Source: Laetmonice hystrix
Taxonomy: Eukaryota
Direction: 5' to 3'
Assembly (NCBI GenBank): GCA_965235115.1
Contig: OZ249436.1
Location: 33,978,001 to 34,038,000 of the forward strand
Length of the DNA stretch: 60,000 bases
The notes beneath the pieces are model-generated. The model did not search any database. It was not told the DNA's origin and was given only the letters and a program-made list of their open reading frames with translations. The position numbers and the translations under genes are program-made. Shown here piece after piece: positions 35,801 through 50,800 of this stretch (positions within the stretch are counted from its first letter, which is position 1; every line of letters begins with the position of its first letter).

Positions 35801-38800
35801 AAGGAAGAGTGGAAGAGATTGATTGGCAACCCGGAGGATGTCGGTGGTCCTTCATTGAAACGTTGTGTTTACTGTAAGATTACCAGTCTCGTGGAATGCT
35901 GATGATCAGGGTTTAAATGAACGTAGTTTGAGACGGCTTCGATACACATAGGGTTATAGTTTGGTTTAGGCTGTGAGAGCACCTTTTTTTTCTTCCCTTT
36001 TTTTCTTACATTTTTTCATGGGTTCACTTTCCTCGTGGCGCCCATACGGGCACATGTTTGATGCCAGTTGATAGACAAGTTAAGCTGGGGATTATAACCC
36101 CATGATGCCAGCTTCGTGCCGGTGTAACTTTCATTGGTCACAGCGGTGCCACCTCAGCTTAAAAGCCGGTTCGGCTTCCAACTGCACTGCAGCAATATGC
36201 TGATTAAAGCTTTGTGGTTGAACAGGTGGGGTGTTGGTTACCACCAGAAAGGTCCCGATGGTAGACGCGGATGAAGCGGTGTTTTGGATCAGGGCAAAGG
36301 TCGGCTTGATACCCTAGGATGTGGTCCATACACCTGAGAAGGCAAATCACAGGTAGAATTACCTGAGATAAAAAACAGCCTTTGACAACCAGCTTTCATT
36401 CTCTGGTAAGGTGAAGAAAGTTAGCCGGGCAGTGGCGATGACTGCTCTACGAAGCAGCTGTCTTGGGGAGAGTTGTTTATGCCGACCTGTCTTGTCAGGG
36501 GGTGACCTTGGAAGATAGAGTTTCAAGCCCACCACAAAGACGAGGTTAAGGTAGGTCGGAGAAGGGTCAGGTAGCTAGGGAAAGGTCACGGATAGAAGAT
36601 GGGGTGACTGCACATAATGTGACATTAGGCTGGGTTACACTCACGCCGACAGCAGATGTGACGAGATGTCAGAACCCTGTTGCGCCCACCTTTGTTAGAC
36701 CGAGGCTGACCAGTAAAAAAGTGCGGCCCATCACAGGGAAGGAACCCGGGGCCGGGAGGGCGCTGACCGGGGGGTGCCCTCCGTGCCCCGTCGTGCCCCA
36801 TGTTGACCGAGGGCACTGACACTGCGGACCCCCAGACATGCAAACCGACAAGAGGTGGTTCGCTGCGGCTGGCTCCAGCGGCGGCGGTGGCGGTGGTGTT
36901 GAGCCAGAAATGTCCGGCGATGTCTGATGGAAAACGGAGTGGCCGACGTGTGCGGGCCAGAGATGAAAAGGGAAAGACGGGGCCATTTTAACATGAGATT
37001 GACATGCAAATAACACAGAGTGCAGACCCTGAAGAGCACGTTCATGTCATTAAGATAGCGGCCATCCAGCACTGCTATCGTCCCATCTGGACCTCGTGGC
37101 CAGGTCAATGTGGCCTCATCTGGCCGCTATCTTGACTCGGTTTCTGATGATGGTACTACAGGCTTGACATGTCATTGCCGATTCTTGCCGGCCATGTCCT
37201 TATAAAGCCAGGACAGACCTCTGTTCTGCTGAGACCAAGCATCCTTTTAGCAAGCATTATCCACACAAGATTTAACCCGCTCTTGATCATCCTACACTGT
37301 ACAGTTATGATCATGAATTATGTACAAGATGTGATATTTGGACATAAATGCCTTCAGCCCAAAGACTCCCTGAACTACCTATAGTATAGAGGGTGATACA
37401 AGTGAGACGATGATAGAGTCAGTAAAAGCTATATTGATTGGGAAGGCCATGCAGCTAAGCTTGCGGCGGTGTTGTGTATGGCTGGGTGGGCCTGGGATCA
37501 GAGATCACCACTGAGATCGTGGCCCTGTCTGTCTGTGCCCTCCCTGCCCACACCCCTCCAGGGAAGAGATCAAACAGTCTCTGACCCCAAGAGTTCTGTC
37601 TCCAGTATCAGTCAGAGGTCAGCGGGCGCCCTTTGCATGGACACATGCTACTGTTATCATGTTCAGAAAGGTACACGTGTGTACTACCGCCCATAATAGT
37701 GTGAATGGCCGGGAGGCATTATTTTTTAAACCGGCGTCAGGGGGTCGCCTTTAGGGACCCACTCAGGTAGACCTTCAGCGGAATTAACCTGATGACAAAC
37801 GCCAGGAGAGAGAATTAAAAAAAGAGAATGTAAACCGTAACGGTTTCACTGGACCAAGGGTCGGGACCCATGGCGTGATCGCCATCGTTTGGGGCTAGCC
37901 TCTGACCCCGATGGCTTCGGGTTTATGGGCGCAGGCTAAAAGTCATGCTCCTTACGCATGTGTGCATCATTCAGCCCTTCTGTTATCGTCCGGCCGAGCT
38001 TGCCATGCAAACCTGCTATAACCATCGACCTTACCATATCAAACGTCGTTAACAGGTTACTGGGCAGCAGGACACAAAGGCAGCGCTAACTTTGAGATTC
38101 AACGCAAGGCATGCATGTAATTGTCTTTTTTATACATTGATGTAAGAGAGTAAATATGGTATAACATTTGTTAACAATTGTAAACCCGTCATATTGATAT
38201 TAGACATTTTGACATAATCATTAGAGCACTGTGTTTATTTAAAGTTTAAAGGTTTAATCATGTGGCATGAGAAATTGTAATAGAAGATTCAAAACATTTT
38301 TGGTCAACTGTCAGAAAAAGAAGGCGTCGAAATAAAATTGAATGGTGACATTCTTCCAGCATTCGTAGAAGGCAGATTTTTGGTCTGTATTTGTAAAGAA
38401 ATACTAATAAAGTTGTACAATAGACCTAAGTCTGTACATGTTCTAGATGAGATGAATGACTTGTTTGTAAATTGTAAGCCACTGACAGGGCATGATGCCT
38501 AAATAACGCCGGCTATATGTTCACTCAGGCACATATGACACGTCGTGGTTGGCTGGCCTGACGTGATCATGCATATTTGCCCTTAGTCATAATTTCCGTG
38601 TCGTTGGGCAACGCTGGCAGTGTCATGATCTCTGCACTATCTCTTCGGCCCTGAATTGACCTTCGCTGACCTTTAGTGCAAACACAAAATGGAAGGTGAA
38701 CAAACTCAAAGCTTACGGTAGCACTGAACAGGGTTGGCAGGAACATCGCAAACGAGGGAAATAGCATGGTTGGGAAGCATAATACATGTAGCTTTGCTAA

Positions 38801-41800
38801 TCTAAGACAAATCTGTTAGCGATTTATACGAAAATTAAATATCTAGGAAGTTTCACTCAATAAAAATGATCAAATTGGTCGTTCAGACCAAGTTGAAACA
38901 GTATTTTGAGTAGGGGCGAGTTTCCGTTTGCCAGGATCGGGGGGGGGGGGGGGCATTCAAGAGTATACTGGCAGTAACGGGTCCCATTCCCGCGCTGTGG
39001 GAGAACGCAGTCAGTGCCATTGTGCTGGGGATCCATCTGGCGGCAAAGGCTGACACTGATTGTCTGATCTCTCCGAGGTCGTCCTGTTGTAGAGTTATGA
39101 TCCATACAGGGCTGAGACCAGGGCAGGAGGGATTCCAAACACTCCATTCATGTTATAGCGGTGTCTTGGTAGCGGGTCTGTAAAGTCAATTTAATGATCA
39201 TCAATGTTCTGCCTCAGTATTAGAGTATAGGATACTTTTTCATTGGAAAAAAACTTATTTTTCTCATTTAATTCGTGGTAAAAGTCAAATAAGAGAGTAA
39301 ATGTCAGTATCTCTTAACCGGACTGGTGTCTCAACTACATGCTGCTATCAGGACTGTGGTTGCAGCATTTATATAAACAATTACGTAATTATACAAACCA
39401 GTAAAAGGAGATTCTTGTAGCTTCTTATGGAGCCAAGATTTACTCATGTAACCGTCAGGATGCAACTGTCAAACAGGCAGTAATTTACTAATGACATGTT
39501 ACTTAATGTACACGTTTGCTTACATGGAAATGACAGCTTCTTCACATTACATGGTTCAGGTGGTTGTTTTTCCCGTTGTATTTTATGCTGCAACATAATT
39601 GGACGTCCCTCAAAAGTGCCACCAAGCACATTTTTTGGGGAGTAAGATATATCTTCATTATGTCTGTGTAGCATTAGTTATCGTGAACAGACATTGTATC
39701 CTTACTTTTGAACATGAAAAAGTGGAAATCATTGTTGCAGAGGAAAAGTCGTGTGCGACAGGGAAGGCGGTGTCTTTTTTTTTCTTTTGTTTTTTTTTTT
39801 TTCGGCAGAAATTATCTGGAGTTTTCAACCCGAGCATTGTAATTGTGCTGACAGTTTATAATTCAATGCCCGATAGTCTGTTGTTACAGTATTTCCAACA
39901 GAACGAGTCAAACATGGCGTTGGCAGACCCCAGATCGTGAGCTCTGCCCACTGCCAACAATAGAAGGGTGGCCTTAACATGATCTTTTCTTCTAATGAGG
40001 TTCACCAGACGAACAAAGGCGGAGCGGCCCCCCACATGATGTACTAATTACCTGGGCACCATTGTCTGGAGAGGTCGCAGACGACATCACCTGATGCTTG
40101 TGGCCAACCCCAACCCCCCTTAGACCTATCCAGTCACCCCCTCTGTCCATCCACACTCATAGCTGCTTCCCCTTGCACAACCGCACATCCTACATAGTGA
40201 TTAATTTTAGCCGCAGATACAGATACTAATTTGGAAAGGTTAGCGGCCTTCAGATTTCAGAGTCAACTGAGCGCTGCCCTGCGCGTGAGGCTCGTCATCC
40301 AGAGGGCTGTTCACGTCAAAAATAGTCAAGTGGTGCACATTATGAAATATTGCAGATGGGAAAAAGTACATATGTGTGAAGCCATGAGTCAGGGCCTCTT
40401 GTTGTTAGGCTCTGCCCGTGTCACGTTCCAGGGAGGGGCCGACTTCTAAACAAAGGCTGTAGTCGCTTATAGAGAAGAAATTGAACTACTGATTTCAAAC
40501 TACTGAGGCAAGCTTTTAGTAACTGAAATAAATCCCCTCTAAAATCAATAGCTTTCCTACTTTAATGTTGCCAGTCTGCAGTGTAGTGACCCGTCACAAC
40601 TTCCGATGACTTTGTACCAAGAGTTGAATTTTGCCCAATTTTGAGAGCCATTCCATCAAGATGGTCAGTAATTTGTGCCATAAGGATGCATGTCAGCAGG
40701 ATGTGTCCTGAAAGAATGTCTTTACGCAGTTCACATTGAGAAATTATGGAGATGAAATGTCATGCCTAAATTAACATTGCAAGTCAATTGATTTTTATGA
40801 GCGAAAAAGGTTAAGCTTTGCTTCGTGGAAAAGGTTGGTCCTCTTTATTTGTAGAATGACAGGGCAATGGATTTTTTGGTCGCAATTACGAATGGTTTTC
40901 ACTTCTTGGTGAATTTTTCTTCTCGAATCGTTATTAGTGTGGTGGATTGGGATGTGTCTGTCATTGAAATGCTCTGCACTCAACTTTCCGTCCGTGACTT
41001 CGTCCGAGACAGAAATAACCGAAACAGTTCTGTATTGATAATCAATGTATGGCTACATTTGGAAAATATGAATGAGTTTTAATGTATGTGAGTAACAAAA
41101 GTGCTTTGGCACAAGATAATAGTTCATCATATATCCTATCATATGGAATACCAAATGCCAGATCAAGATTATTTTCTGGAAACGTGGAACAAGATTATTA
41201 CTGCCTGTTTATTTTCTACTAAACGCGCTGTGATTATTACACTTGGTATGACGGGGCAACTGATGGCCAAGCGCTCTGTGTCTGGGTGTTCCCCGTAATC
41301 ATCCTGTCATATTTCATGTCACACTGACAATGCTTGTCACTGTTGTTACCAGACCTTCTCAGAAGGTGGCGCATCTGAGGCTGGCCAAGTCCGACATTAA
41401 GTTGCCAGGGGAACCTAGGAGTCCCTATTAAAATGGCATGTGTAGATTTTTTGGCGGCCCTCGGCGCCTTGGTTTCTCGGCAGTGTTGGTAGTTATGAAG
41501 AGGGCACGGGGTGGTGGCCCATGATTTGTTAGGGTTGCAAGGTTAGGGCAAGGGTGGGAAAGGGACAGTTGGAGGGCATCTGGGTGGGGCAGGCCAGAGA
41601 GGGCACCGGGGAGGGCGGAAAGGTTAGGGGGCATGGCGCAGGCACCAACGGTTCAACACACCCTCTGTCTACATTTTTTGAAAACATGGTCAGCGTGGGG
41701 GCAGGAGCTCCACCAGGGGGGTCAGGTGGACGGAGAGGGGTCTGACCCAGGGGCACCGACAAAAAGTGGTGTCACCGGGGCACTAACCCCCGTAACCCCA

Positions 41801-44800
41801 GCTGGCCCGCCACTTTCACGGTGCCCATCAACCCCGGTCCGAGGCACCGTGCCCCCGTAACCCTCGTAACCTTGCACATGGCATTTGTGGCCGACAGGAC
41901 AAAGCCTCGACAAAGAACGGGGCTCTTGGTGGTAGAACCATCAACTTTACCTAGCGGGTTCTTTGTGCGCCACTTGGCCCTAGGTGATCAGCGGTCAGAT
42001 GATAAACATGGGGACAGGCCTCCCTACAAACTCAGCCACCACTCTGCAATAACATGACCTTCTCTGCAGGAACTGATGCCTTTGTTACCTCAGGACACGG
42101 AGGGGGGGGGGGGTTACTACTGAGGGTCTGCTTTCACACAATGAGATTTCCTCGTGAGTGTATTGGGTGGTGAACTTATTAGTGTATGTGATCTAGGTGG
42201 ACAGGTCGAGTAGCATCAGAAGGTAAACATTAGTGGAAGAGGTCCCGGCCAGGTGACACCGGGCCGTGCCTCTTGGCAGTAGCAGCAGCAATGGCGAGGC
42301 TGGGACCTCTCACACTGGGACCCAGCAAACGGTCAGTTCTCAGGAACAACCAGAACCAACTATCTCATGTTGGCCATGTTGTGTTTCTCCTAAGTACTCA
42401 GTTATCAAACAACTAGTTTGAAAGTGAACCTAAACAATTAAGAGAAGCCTGTTTTTATTATGGATTCATACATATCATATGCCATCTGTTCTAGATACCA
42501 TTCTCAGTTAAAAATGAACCTCAATTTATCTGAAAATAAGCACTTCACTCCATAATGTTGACAGAGAATTAGCATGACTGTGTATAAAACTAGTCAGCAT
42601 CGACATGAAAGACAAAGTCTTGGAGTTACTTGAGCCATCACGTAGAAAAATATTGACGAGAATGGGATGTTAATGGTGGATGTTTTGACAATAAGTGGTG
42701 GTTTGTGTGGTTTGCCGTGCTTATATCCATTCTGCTACACAAAACATTGGAACTGCTACAGAATTACTGTGGGTAAAAGCTAGGAGTGAAAGGACATTAC
42801 ATCTAAAACGGTTTACCGTGTTACATACAAATTTTATTATTCAAAATGCAAAGAATTGTCGCCTGCAAGTGCTGAGAGAGCCAAGCCGAGCCGGGAGGAG
42901 TTAGTTCGGACGTTGTCTCCTAGGTGGTGGCTGTGTCGGCGCCGGATGCCAGGAGGCGGAGATTGCCAAGCGAGCGAGCGACCACCCACACCCAGGCCGG
43001 GCCAGATCCCCACTTGTGATCTGTGACAGGGCGCTTCTGGTTCAGATGCTATCCCACAGACTTATCAGTGGCAGCGCAATGTATTACGGAGGTAGGCAGT
43101 GTCAAACGCCGGTCAGTCCCAGGCCCGGTGGACAATGGACAGAGGCAGAGATCATGTCAGATGGGCTTAGGCACAATACATATTTTGCCGGAATCTAATC
43201 TGGGAGTGATGCAGGGCTGAGGAGGAAATTATTGTTGGCCATAAAATGACACGTGCTACTTAATCAACAGAGGAGCTTGTTTGCTGTTTTATACAGCAAA
43301 CAACAAACAAGGTTAATATATTATTTTGTGTATTGTAGCTTCATGTGGTTCATTCTATGTCATGCTATGGGCCTTTCAGCCCTTTAATGCCCTTTTTACT
43401 GAATGTGTAAGCATGAAACATAGCACGGCACGAATCAGGTCCCTATGTAAATGAGAAATTATATAAAAGTGGCTTTCACTAAAGCCTAGAGAGGTTGAGT
43501 GCATCATGCAAGGAACACCGTGCCCTAGAGGACTGTACCAAATCTGTAGTATTGAAACTGCCTCCAAAAAGGATCTCACAAGTTATTTATTGCAGGTTTT
43601 TAATGTAAGCAAGAGACTGCTTGTTGGGCAAATCCAGTGAGTGGCTCTTGGAAGGCTTAGAGAATGCGTGAGGCTCAATCCCCGTGGTATTGCTATTACT
43701 GGGCTTCTTAAATAGGCCGATTAAACAGCAAAGACCGTAAACCTGTCACGGGCAAGACCAGCTGAGCATCTTTTTCACCACCTGGTTATATGAGCTTCTA
43801 TACTTTTATTACCGCACAGGGCTAATAGAAAGATTGAAACGCAGTCAGAAAATTGGATTTAAACTTGCACAAATAGGGTGCGGATTCTGCAATTGGTGCT
43901 GTTGGCTGTGGAAAGGCCACCCTGCTGAGGCAGGGGCAAAGTTTCTACAGCGGTACCATTCCTTTTAGAATTAAGTCACCATTTGAATGCAAAACGGCTA
44001 AGAATATGATTCTAAACCAATTTTAGTTCAGACATTAAGATGGGGATAAAAATAAGGTAATTTTTCGTGATGGAAGAAAATAAGCTTTCACCTCCTTAGC
44101 ATTTCATTCCATCATGGAATGTTTCATTTTATGAAGCAATCATGGTTTGACTTTCATAGTGGAAGAGGAAAAAACGTGCTATTTGCAGCGGTGCCAGAAA
44201 GGGCTCCAGCGTCTGTATATGGACATTGGGCTGCTGAAGTGCATGTTCAGACTCATGTCAGAAAATAGACTGCTTTCAAATAAGACTTATATGGTTCATA
44301 TTGGAGGCACAGCCTCAGTGACCTATTTAACTTGAGAAACAAAGGGCAGAACTTTCCAGGATAAATGTCAAGACTGAAGGACATCATTTAACAATTCAAA
44401 GATGTTCATTAACGACGTGGATAAATATAATAAGCCTTGCAGAGAGATGAAGGAGCAATATGAACGTTTCTCCCAGTATTTTATATTGTGACCACAATTA
44501 TCTTTTGCCTTGCTGTGTTATTGGGATTGCGTTTTGGATGCAGGGCATAAATAAAGCTGGCGTAATGAAAAGCTGCGGCGCCTAGTGCTAATTATTTTCA
44601 GTGCACTATGGCCAGAGGTAAGGAGGCTTTTTGTAGGCAACAACAATGCAGATTTCAGGTCACCTTGCCAGTGTAATTAATAGTAATGACACGAGTCTGG
44701 GTCAGAGGTGCCTCTGTCAGGCATAAACTAAAGTGAAGTGTCAGTTTTGTCATATCTGCTGCTGAAAATACGACAATCGCATCATACAGTTATATTTTTT

Positions 44801-47800
44801 TTACATTTCCTGAAAAATGTAGAGACTTTATCAAGTGATGAAAAGAGGTTTGCTGCTAAATGCAAAGAAACTTGACATGCAAGGGGAAAGAGCAACGGTT
44901 TGTAAAGTCGTTCCCCAGACACCAGGGTGAAGTCTCCACCATTCAACAAGCCACTTTACAAACGTGCCCCCAGCAAAAACCGGCCAGCCCTGTCGGCATG
45001 ACCAAACTCAAGTGTCCAGGATTTGCAACAACAGAGTGCCGCATTGTGCTCTCGAAAAACTTATATTTCGCACCATTTCCTCAACCTTTTCATTCGATTT
45101 TTTTTTCAAAGTGGGAGCAGAGCTCAAAGACAACAAAGGCGAGCTGACCTAATGTCATACGGCATTGTTTGCCGTTTGAATCTGGCAATAGATGGACCGG
45201 TGGCGATCCGGAAAGGAGGTGTGACCGGACTTTAGGCGGAGACAATCATCAGGGAGTGACCCCCCACCCCGGAGTCAGAGGTCTCCGGCCATGTCAGAGG
45301 TCTTCATGTTTCATTTCAATACACTCCCAGATGTCGGCTACAAACGGTGGGAAGAAACCCGACGCTGCCTCTTTTAGCTAAGATTGCCAAAGAGGTGTTT
45401 CAGCTTATATTGTGGGCTGTCAGGATGCATAAAGTGGACCGAATAATAGCAGAAGAAGGGAGTTGGAAGTTTGAAAAAAGAACGCTGTCCTTTTTACAAA
45501 TTGACATCATCTCTGTCCTAAGGTGAGGCTAAAAATGGAGGTGTTTATCTACCTACACATCTGTCGGGGCTGATCTTCTGAAACATAAATTTCCAGTTGG
45601 TGCATTTTTTTTCTGAGAGGCTGAACAATGTGGGGCCGACCCCCTCGGCCATCCGTGTCAGAGGTCCCCAGGCATGTCAGTGTGCTTTGTTGTCGCTGCT
45701 AGGACAGCGAGGGATGCCTAAAAGGAGCTTCAGGTTGGGAGGTGTTACTCAATTTTACCCCAGACAATACGGAGCTGACCCCGGGACCTCGATGTCGGGG
45801 GTTCTGAACCCTGCACGCTATGTCAATTGGTGCCAAGACAAAGCTGCCACGAGGGTGTGACACACATTTTATAACGGACAATACAACAATGGCTCTCACT
45901 AGTCCCATGTCGAAGGTTTTGAACTTTGCTTTTTGTCTATCGCCACCTAGGCCATATGTCGTGAACTTTGCTACGCCAGGTCTAGACCCAGACCAGAGGT
46001 CCTGAACTTCCACTAAATTCTTCTGGTAAAGGTCTCAAAGTTATAGACTCCCTGATATGTTGATATTGCTACTTAGCGAGTGGATACATGTTACGTGTGG
46101 GGATGGTCGTGCTTAGGCGTCTACCACACTTCGAATGTTTATTGGCTGGACAGATCATCAAAATTAAAAGTATACAGATACAAAAGATGTGTGCACATTC
46201 CTTGATGTTTTGGTGCCTGTAAGGTGTAAGACCTCTAAGCCTTTCTGCCATACAGTTGAAGTAAAGGGAGATTTTTTTTCCCACGGGTGATGTAGGTGGT
46301 CCGGGATGCAGTGCCACATGTGTGAAATGACGGCCATATGAATGTTAAGTCCATAATGAGGGCCACAGTTCTGCAGAGCGCTAGGCCCCGGCCACAAGTG
46401 CTTGCTTCCCCTGGCTTTTTATTCTACCACCCAGCTACTCCGTAATGTGCCTGGCAAACACCACCAGGGTATGTTTGGTTAGAATGCTCATGTATTTTCA
46501 TGCTGGATTAAAGGAAAACATGTCGTATATTGGCGAGATTCACCAGTGTGGGGTCCGAGGTATTTTCCTCAAGACTTATCTCTGCTGGGCCAGGCAGCAC
46601 GCCACAGAAGTCATCTTTTGTTCAACTGAGACCTCTTTGAAATGAGGGATAGTATTGTGATTTCAAATTACTACCAGGAATGTTCTTGCCAAATACAAAC
46701 CTAATTTTCATCTGTAGATTAGAATGCAAGATATGGCCGGGTTTTTTTCGGTGTTGTTGCAAACTATATAGTGTTCCCTTGATTGGTAAAAACTTGAAAG
46801 TTGCATAAAAAAATTCTAAACTGTTGAGCGATATATGCTACGGACTTTAGCTATCTTTGCGATAGAGTAAATCATAATTCAACGGTGGTATATTTTTACA
46901 CACAGACCATGACACAGGTAAAGGTATTCCATAAATCTTATTATGATAAGGTATATGTTCAAGTTTGTATTATATATCTGGAATGTTAGAGTTGTGTGTC
47001 TAGGAAATGCTAGAGAAGTTATTTCTTATGTCTGTATAAGGTTGGCGTGGGGGCGGATGGCTTGCATAGCTCCTCCTGGTAAGTTGGGTGTAGTATGGTG
47101 TTGTGCAGCTAAAGGTGTTGATGGAGGGCAGGACAGCAGGATGCTTGGGTGGGCCGGATGGCATTAATTCAACCCTATCACACAAAACCACTCGACGATT
47201 GTTTGGTTATGCAATATTTAGGCACGAAGAGCATAACTGGGGTCCCCGCCAAGATTGGCACCAGGCGGCCGCCAACTGCCGTGGTGCAATATGGGCTGGT
47301 TCATTATGCAACATGGGGCAACATTAGACCCCACAGGGTAAAGTGCTGTAACCTTTTGATGACTTAAGACCCTGGGGGCGGCGATTTGGTTACAGACACA
47401 ATAAACTACAAACAAGGATGATTTAACTGCAATCATTATTACCCCAAGCTTCAAATTACCCTGTGTGGTGTGATATGGCATTATTATTGGTGGCGGCTGA
47501 ATTATCCATATTTCACCTGTTTATGGCATGGAAGCGTGTACCGGAATCCCAGTATGATTTTTTTTCTATTATTATCTATTATTTTCAACCTGACCTGATA
47601 AATTGCAATTAAGAGTGCATGGTCAGAGTAGGAAGGTGCCTTGGAAATGTTGGCCCTTATTTAAGATTATAGCAATTGAAATCATACTTAGGGAAGTGTT
47701 GTTTCGGTAAAAGCAATATGCTTTCTATGGAATATAAGTAAATGTACATACGTTTAATTTAATAATGGTTTTTAAAAATGTCTCCAAACTCTGAATTATG

Positions 47801-50800
47801 TTATTTCATCACCTATTTTAAAGATTCAAATTATTGTTATTAAACATTGAATTTGATATCGTATTGACTGTGTAATTTCAAACAAGATGTATTATCCCTA
47901 AAGAGGTTCCATGGTCAAGAAACTCAAAAGAACGTTGGCCGTGTTCAAGACACTTGTTTATAGGCAACTCGTAGCCCGATGTCAGGGGTCAGAGGAGTTA
48001 TACATAGTTACCATGAGGTCATGCATCCTTTAATTAGCAGTTTTGTACAAATCGATGCATGGATGTGCTTTCTCCCTCGTATTCCAAGCCTTTATTTGAA
48101 AACTTGCCTGAAGTTTCTAAAGGATTTAATAGTCGCATAGAATAGCTTGGTGTATACGTTGAAGTTGTTTTCATTCATTTCATGTTCAGTATATTCAAAG
48201 TTGTCATGTAAAGGATTTTCACCTTACTTAACAGACATAAAGGTCAGACCAGTCTGACAGAAACTGGCGATATGCTGCCACTGGCCTTTCCTGCTACCAG
48301 CTGTTTAAACGCCAGAACTTTTCAATGAAAGACTAAGTGCCATGTGCATACCCCTGACATGCTTCTGTGAAAGTTAAGTCTTGTGCCGCCTGCGATTTGC
48401 TTGCAAAATGGAAGCTCGTAGGGCATCTTTTCTCTCCCTTTTTTTCTTTCTTTTCTTGTTTTAGTGAATGTGGTATTGGTTGAAGTGTAAGTAATTACAA
48501 GAAGCTAATCTTGGCATGGGGAGGCTGCCTTCATCTGCGCTGGCAACGTCTCAAAGCAATTGCTGACAGTGACAGTGATGGGTGAATAAAGTATAGGAAT
48601 CGACAGGTGAGGAGTGTGATAGGCATGTACCGGGGTACTTCTCTAGAACTCACCCCAGAGTGCCACCAGTCTTACCCCCTCGGGCGGCCATCACGTAACC
48701 ACTCATCTGCAAGTGTATGACATAACTGTCCGTAAGCGCAACCCCAGCCTACCGCTGACCTGTCCATCTACAACTACTGCTGCACTCCGCAACACGGCAT
48801 CCTTGTCTGCCTCCCATGCCGACTGCCAGAATCTGTCGATGGCCTCCGTCTGTCTTCAAAAGAATCTGCCTCACAGCTACAAGCTCCCTGGAGAGAGGAT
48901 GACTTGGCAGCTTAAAATCGTTGATTTTTGATTTCAGCTATACTCGCCTACAACAGACAGTCACGTACAAAAGGTATAACCTTGTGGTTCAAGTAGACGT
49001 CAAACAAGGTTCCCCTCTGTAGAGTGGTCGTGAATGGTGCCTGATGTGTGCCATTTTAGAGTACGTTGAGGAGGCTGTTGGTCATGTGCCCATGGCATGT
49101 CTTTGTTTTTTGCTGACATTAGAAGCATTTTGTTTTTGAAAGTTGATGGGGATGCTATACGATGATGGTCATCTACCAAGGTCGTCGACGAGAGTTTGCA
49201 GGGTTGCATTCCAAAAGCTTCTCTTTGTTATATGGATCTGCCCCAGCTTGTCACTTATTTAATATCACAAAGTGCAATAATACCCTCGTGTGTAGGTTGG
49301 CTTGTTGGTTTTTACTATGTACAATGAATCAAAGTAACAAGAAATAAATTATATAACTTGAGCAATTGTGTTAGAGTATATACGATTGAAAACAGTGGAA
49401 AGCTCCAAACCACTGAAATTTCCGCCTTCGCCATTGACCAACATCCTGAAGCAGGTTAATGATATGTTTAATCATATAACCTTATCCGAATCTGTCATTC
49501 GTAATGTTTGAAGATGATATACTTACTGGAACTAATACTTGTCAATGTTGCCCCCCCCCTCAGGAATAAGCTGCTTTACCTTTGGACTAAAGGAAGGCGT
49601 ACATCCGATCATGTTCATAATCATACCACTAAGATATCAGCGAAGTTTTATTTAATCAAAATCTTCTACATATGTACTTTTAGGGGAAATTAACAAAGAA
49701 CATAGTTTAGATATTCTTAGGCGTGCAAGGGTTCGCCTCTAAATGGCAGTAGTCAGACAGGGAGGCAGACAGCGTCTGTGGTGTATGGCGATACCTGTAA
49801 CTGTGAGGGAACCGGGGGAGTCTGAAAAAAAACATATGGTTGAAATGATATCACATTCATGTCAGGTCACATGTTAGGGCAAGCATGTCGCCTCCCCCTG
49901 AGTGGACCAGTGGAGACCGGGGGCTCGACTGTCACCAAACTGTTACTGAATCAAAGGCTCACATGACTGGAAAACGACCCGTGAACGAGTCCCCTAAAGA
50001 GAGACAAATCAGTTTGAAATTAGGCTAGCAGGAGATACATGAAAAAAACGGTCTCTCGTTGATAATGTGAGAAGAGATTGTTCTGCTTGACGTCTGCTGG
50101 TGATGAGCCCCTTTGTATGTTGACAGTTAGGTTACTTTTGGTGTGACAGGATACAACATGGAGCAGAGGTCAGATGGGTTTATGTACATGGATAGCGGAG
50201 CGAACAGCATATTCTATAGACGCTTCATGTCACATGCTACAGCCTCATTAACCACATGTTGAAGTCTTACATGACCCATTAGAAAGTGCATGGAGAATGA
50301 GACGTGTTTTTTTTGTTTTGATGGAAACCAGAAGTGTCTGCTACATTACAGCGCTATGTGGTTAACGGTCGTGTCCTTGCCTTGCTCTCTGCATGTGAAA
50401 CATTTTGAGTGCCCGGTTGAAACGTTGCTGTGTTTAAGTTTAGGAAGGAACTAATACTGTACCGTATACTCGTATTACTTTCCTCCTGTACAATATAGAA
50501 CCTTTAAAACGGTGTAATACCACATAAAGTTACTTCAGTTTTATTGGTTTGTGTGGGTTTTGTGATATGGAAACTATTTCATAAGAGCGCCCTGTGGATC
50601 ATTTAAATCGATGTTTAGGCGGTTTTCGATTTATTGTCCACATGTATGCCGGCTGTTGCATTGAATTCGACTTGGTTCTTAGTATTTTATAGAGAACCAT
50701 GATTTGCTCCTGGCTGTTCATCGGCAACAGGTATAAGGCCCGAGGCGTAAATTGTACTGAATAAAGGGGGCAAGTTTGGCCTCGGTGGTTTTATATCGGT

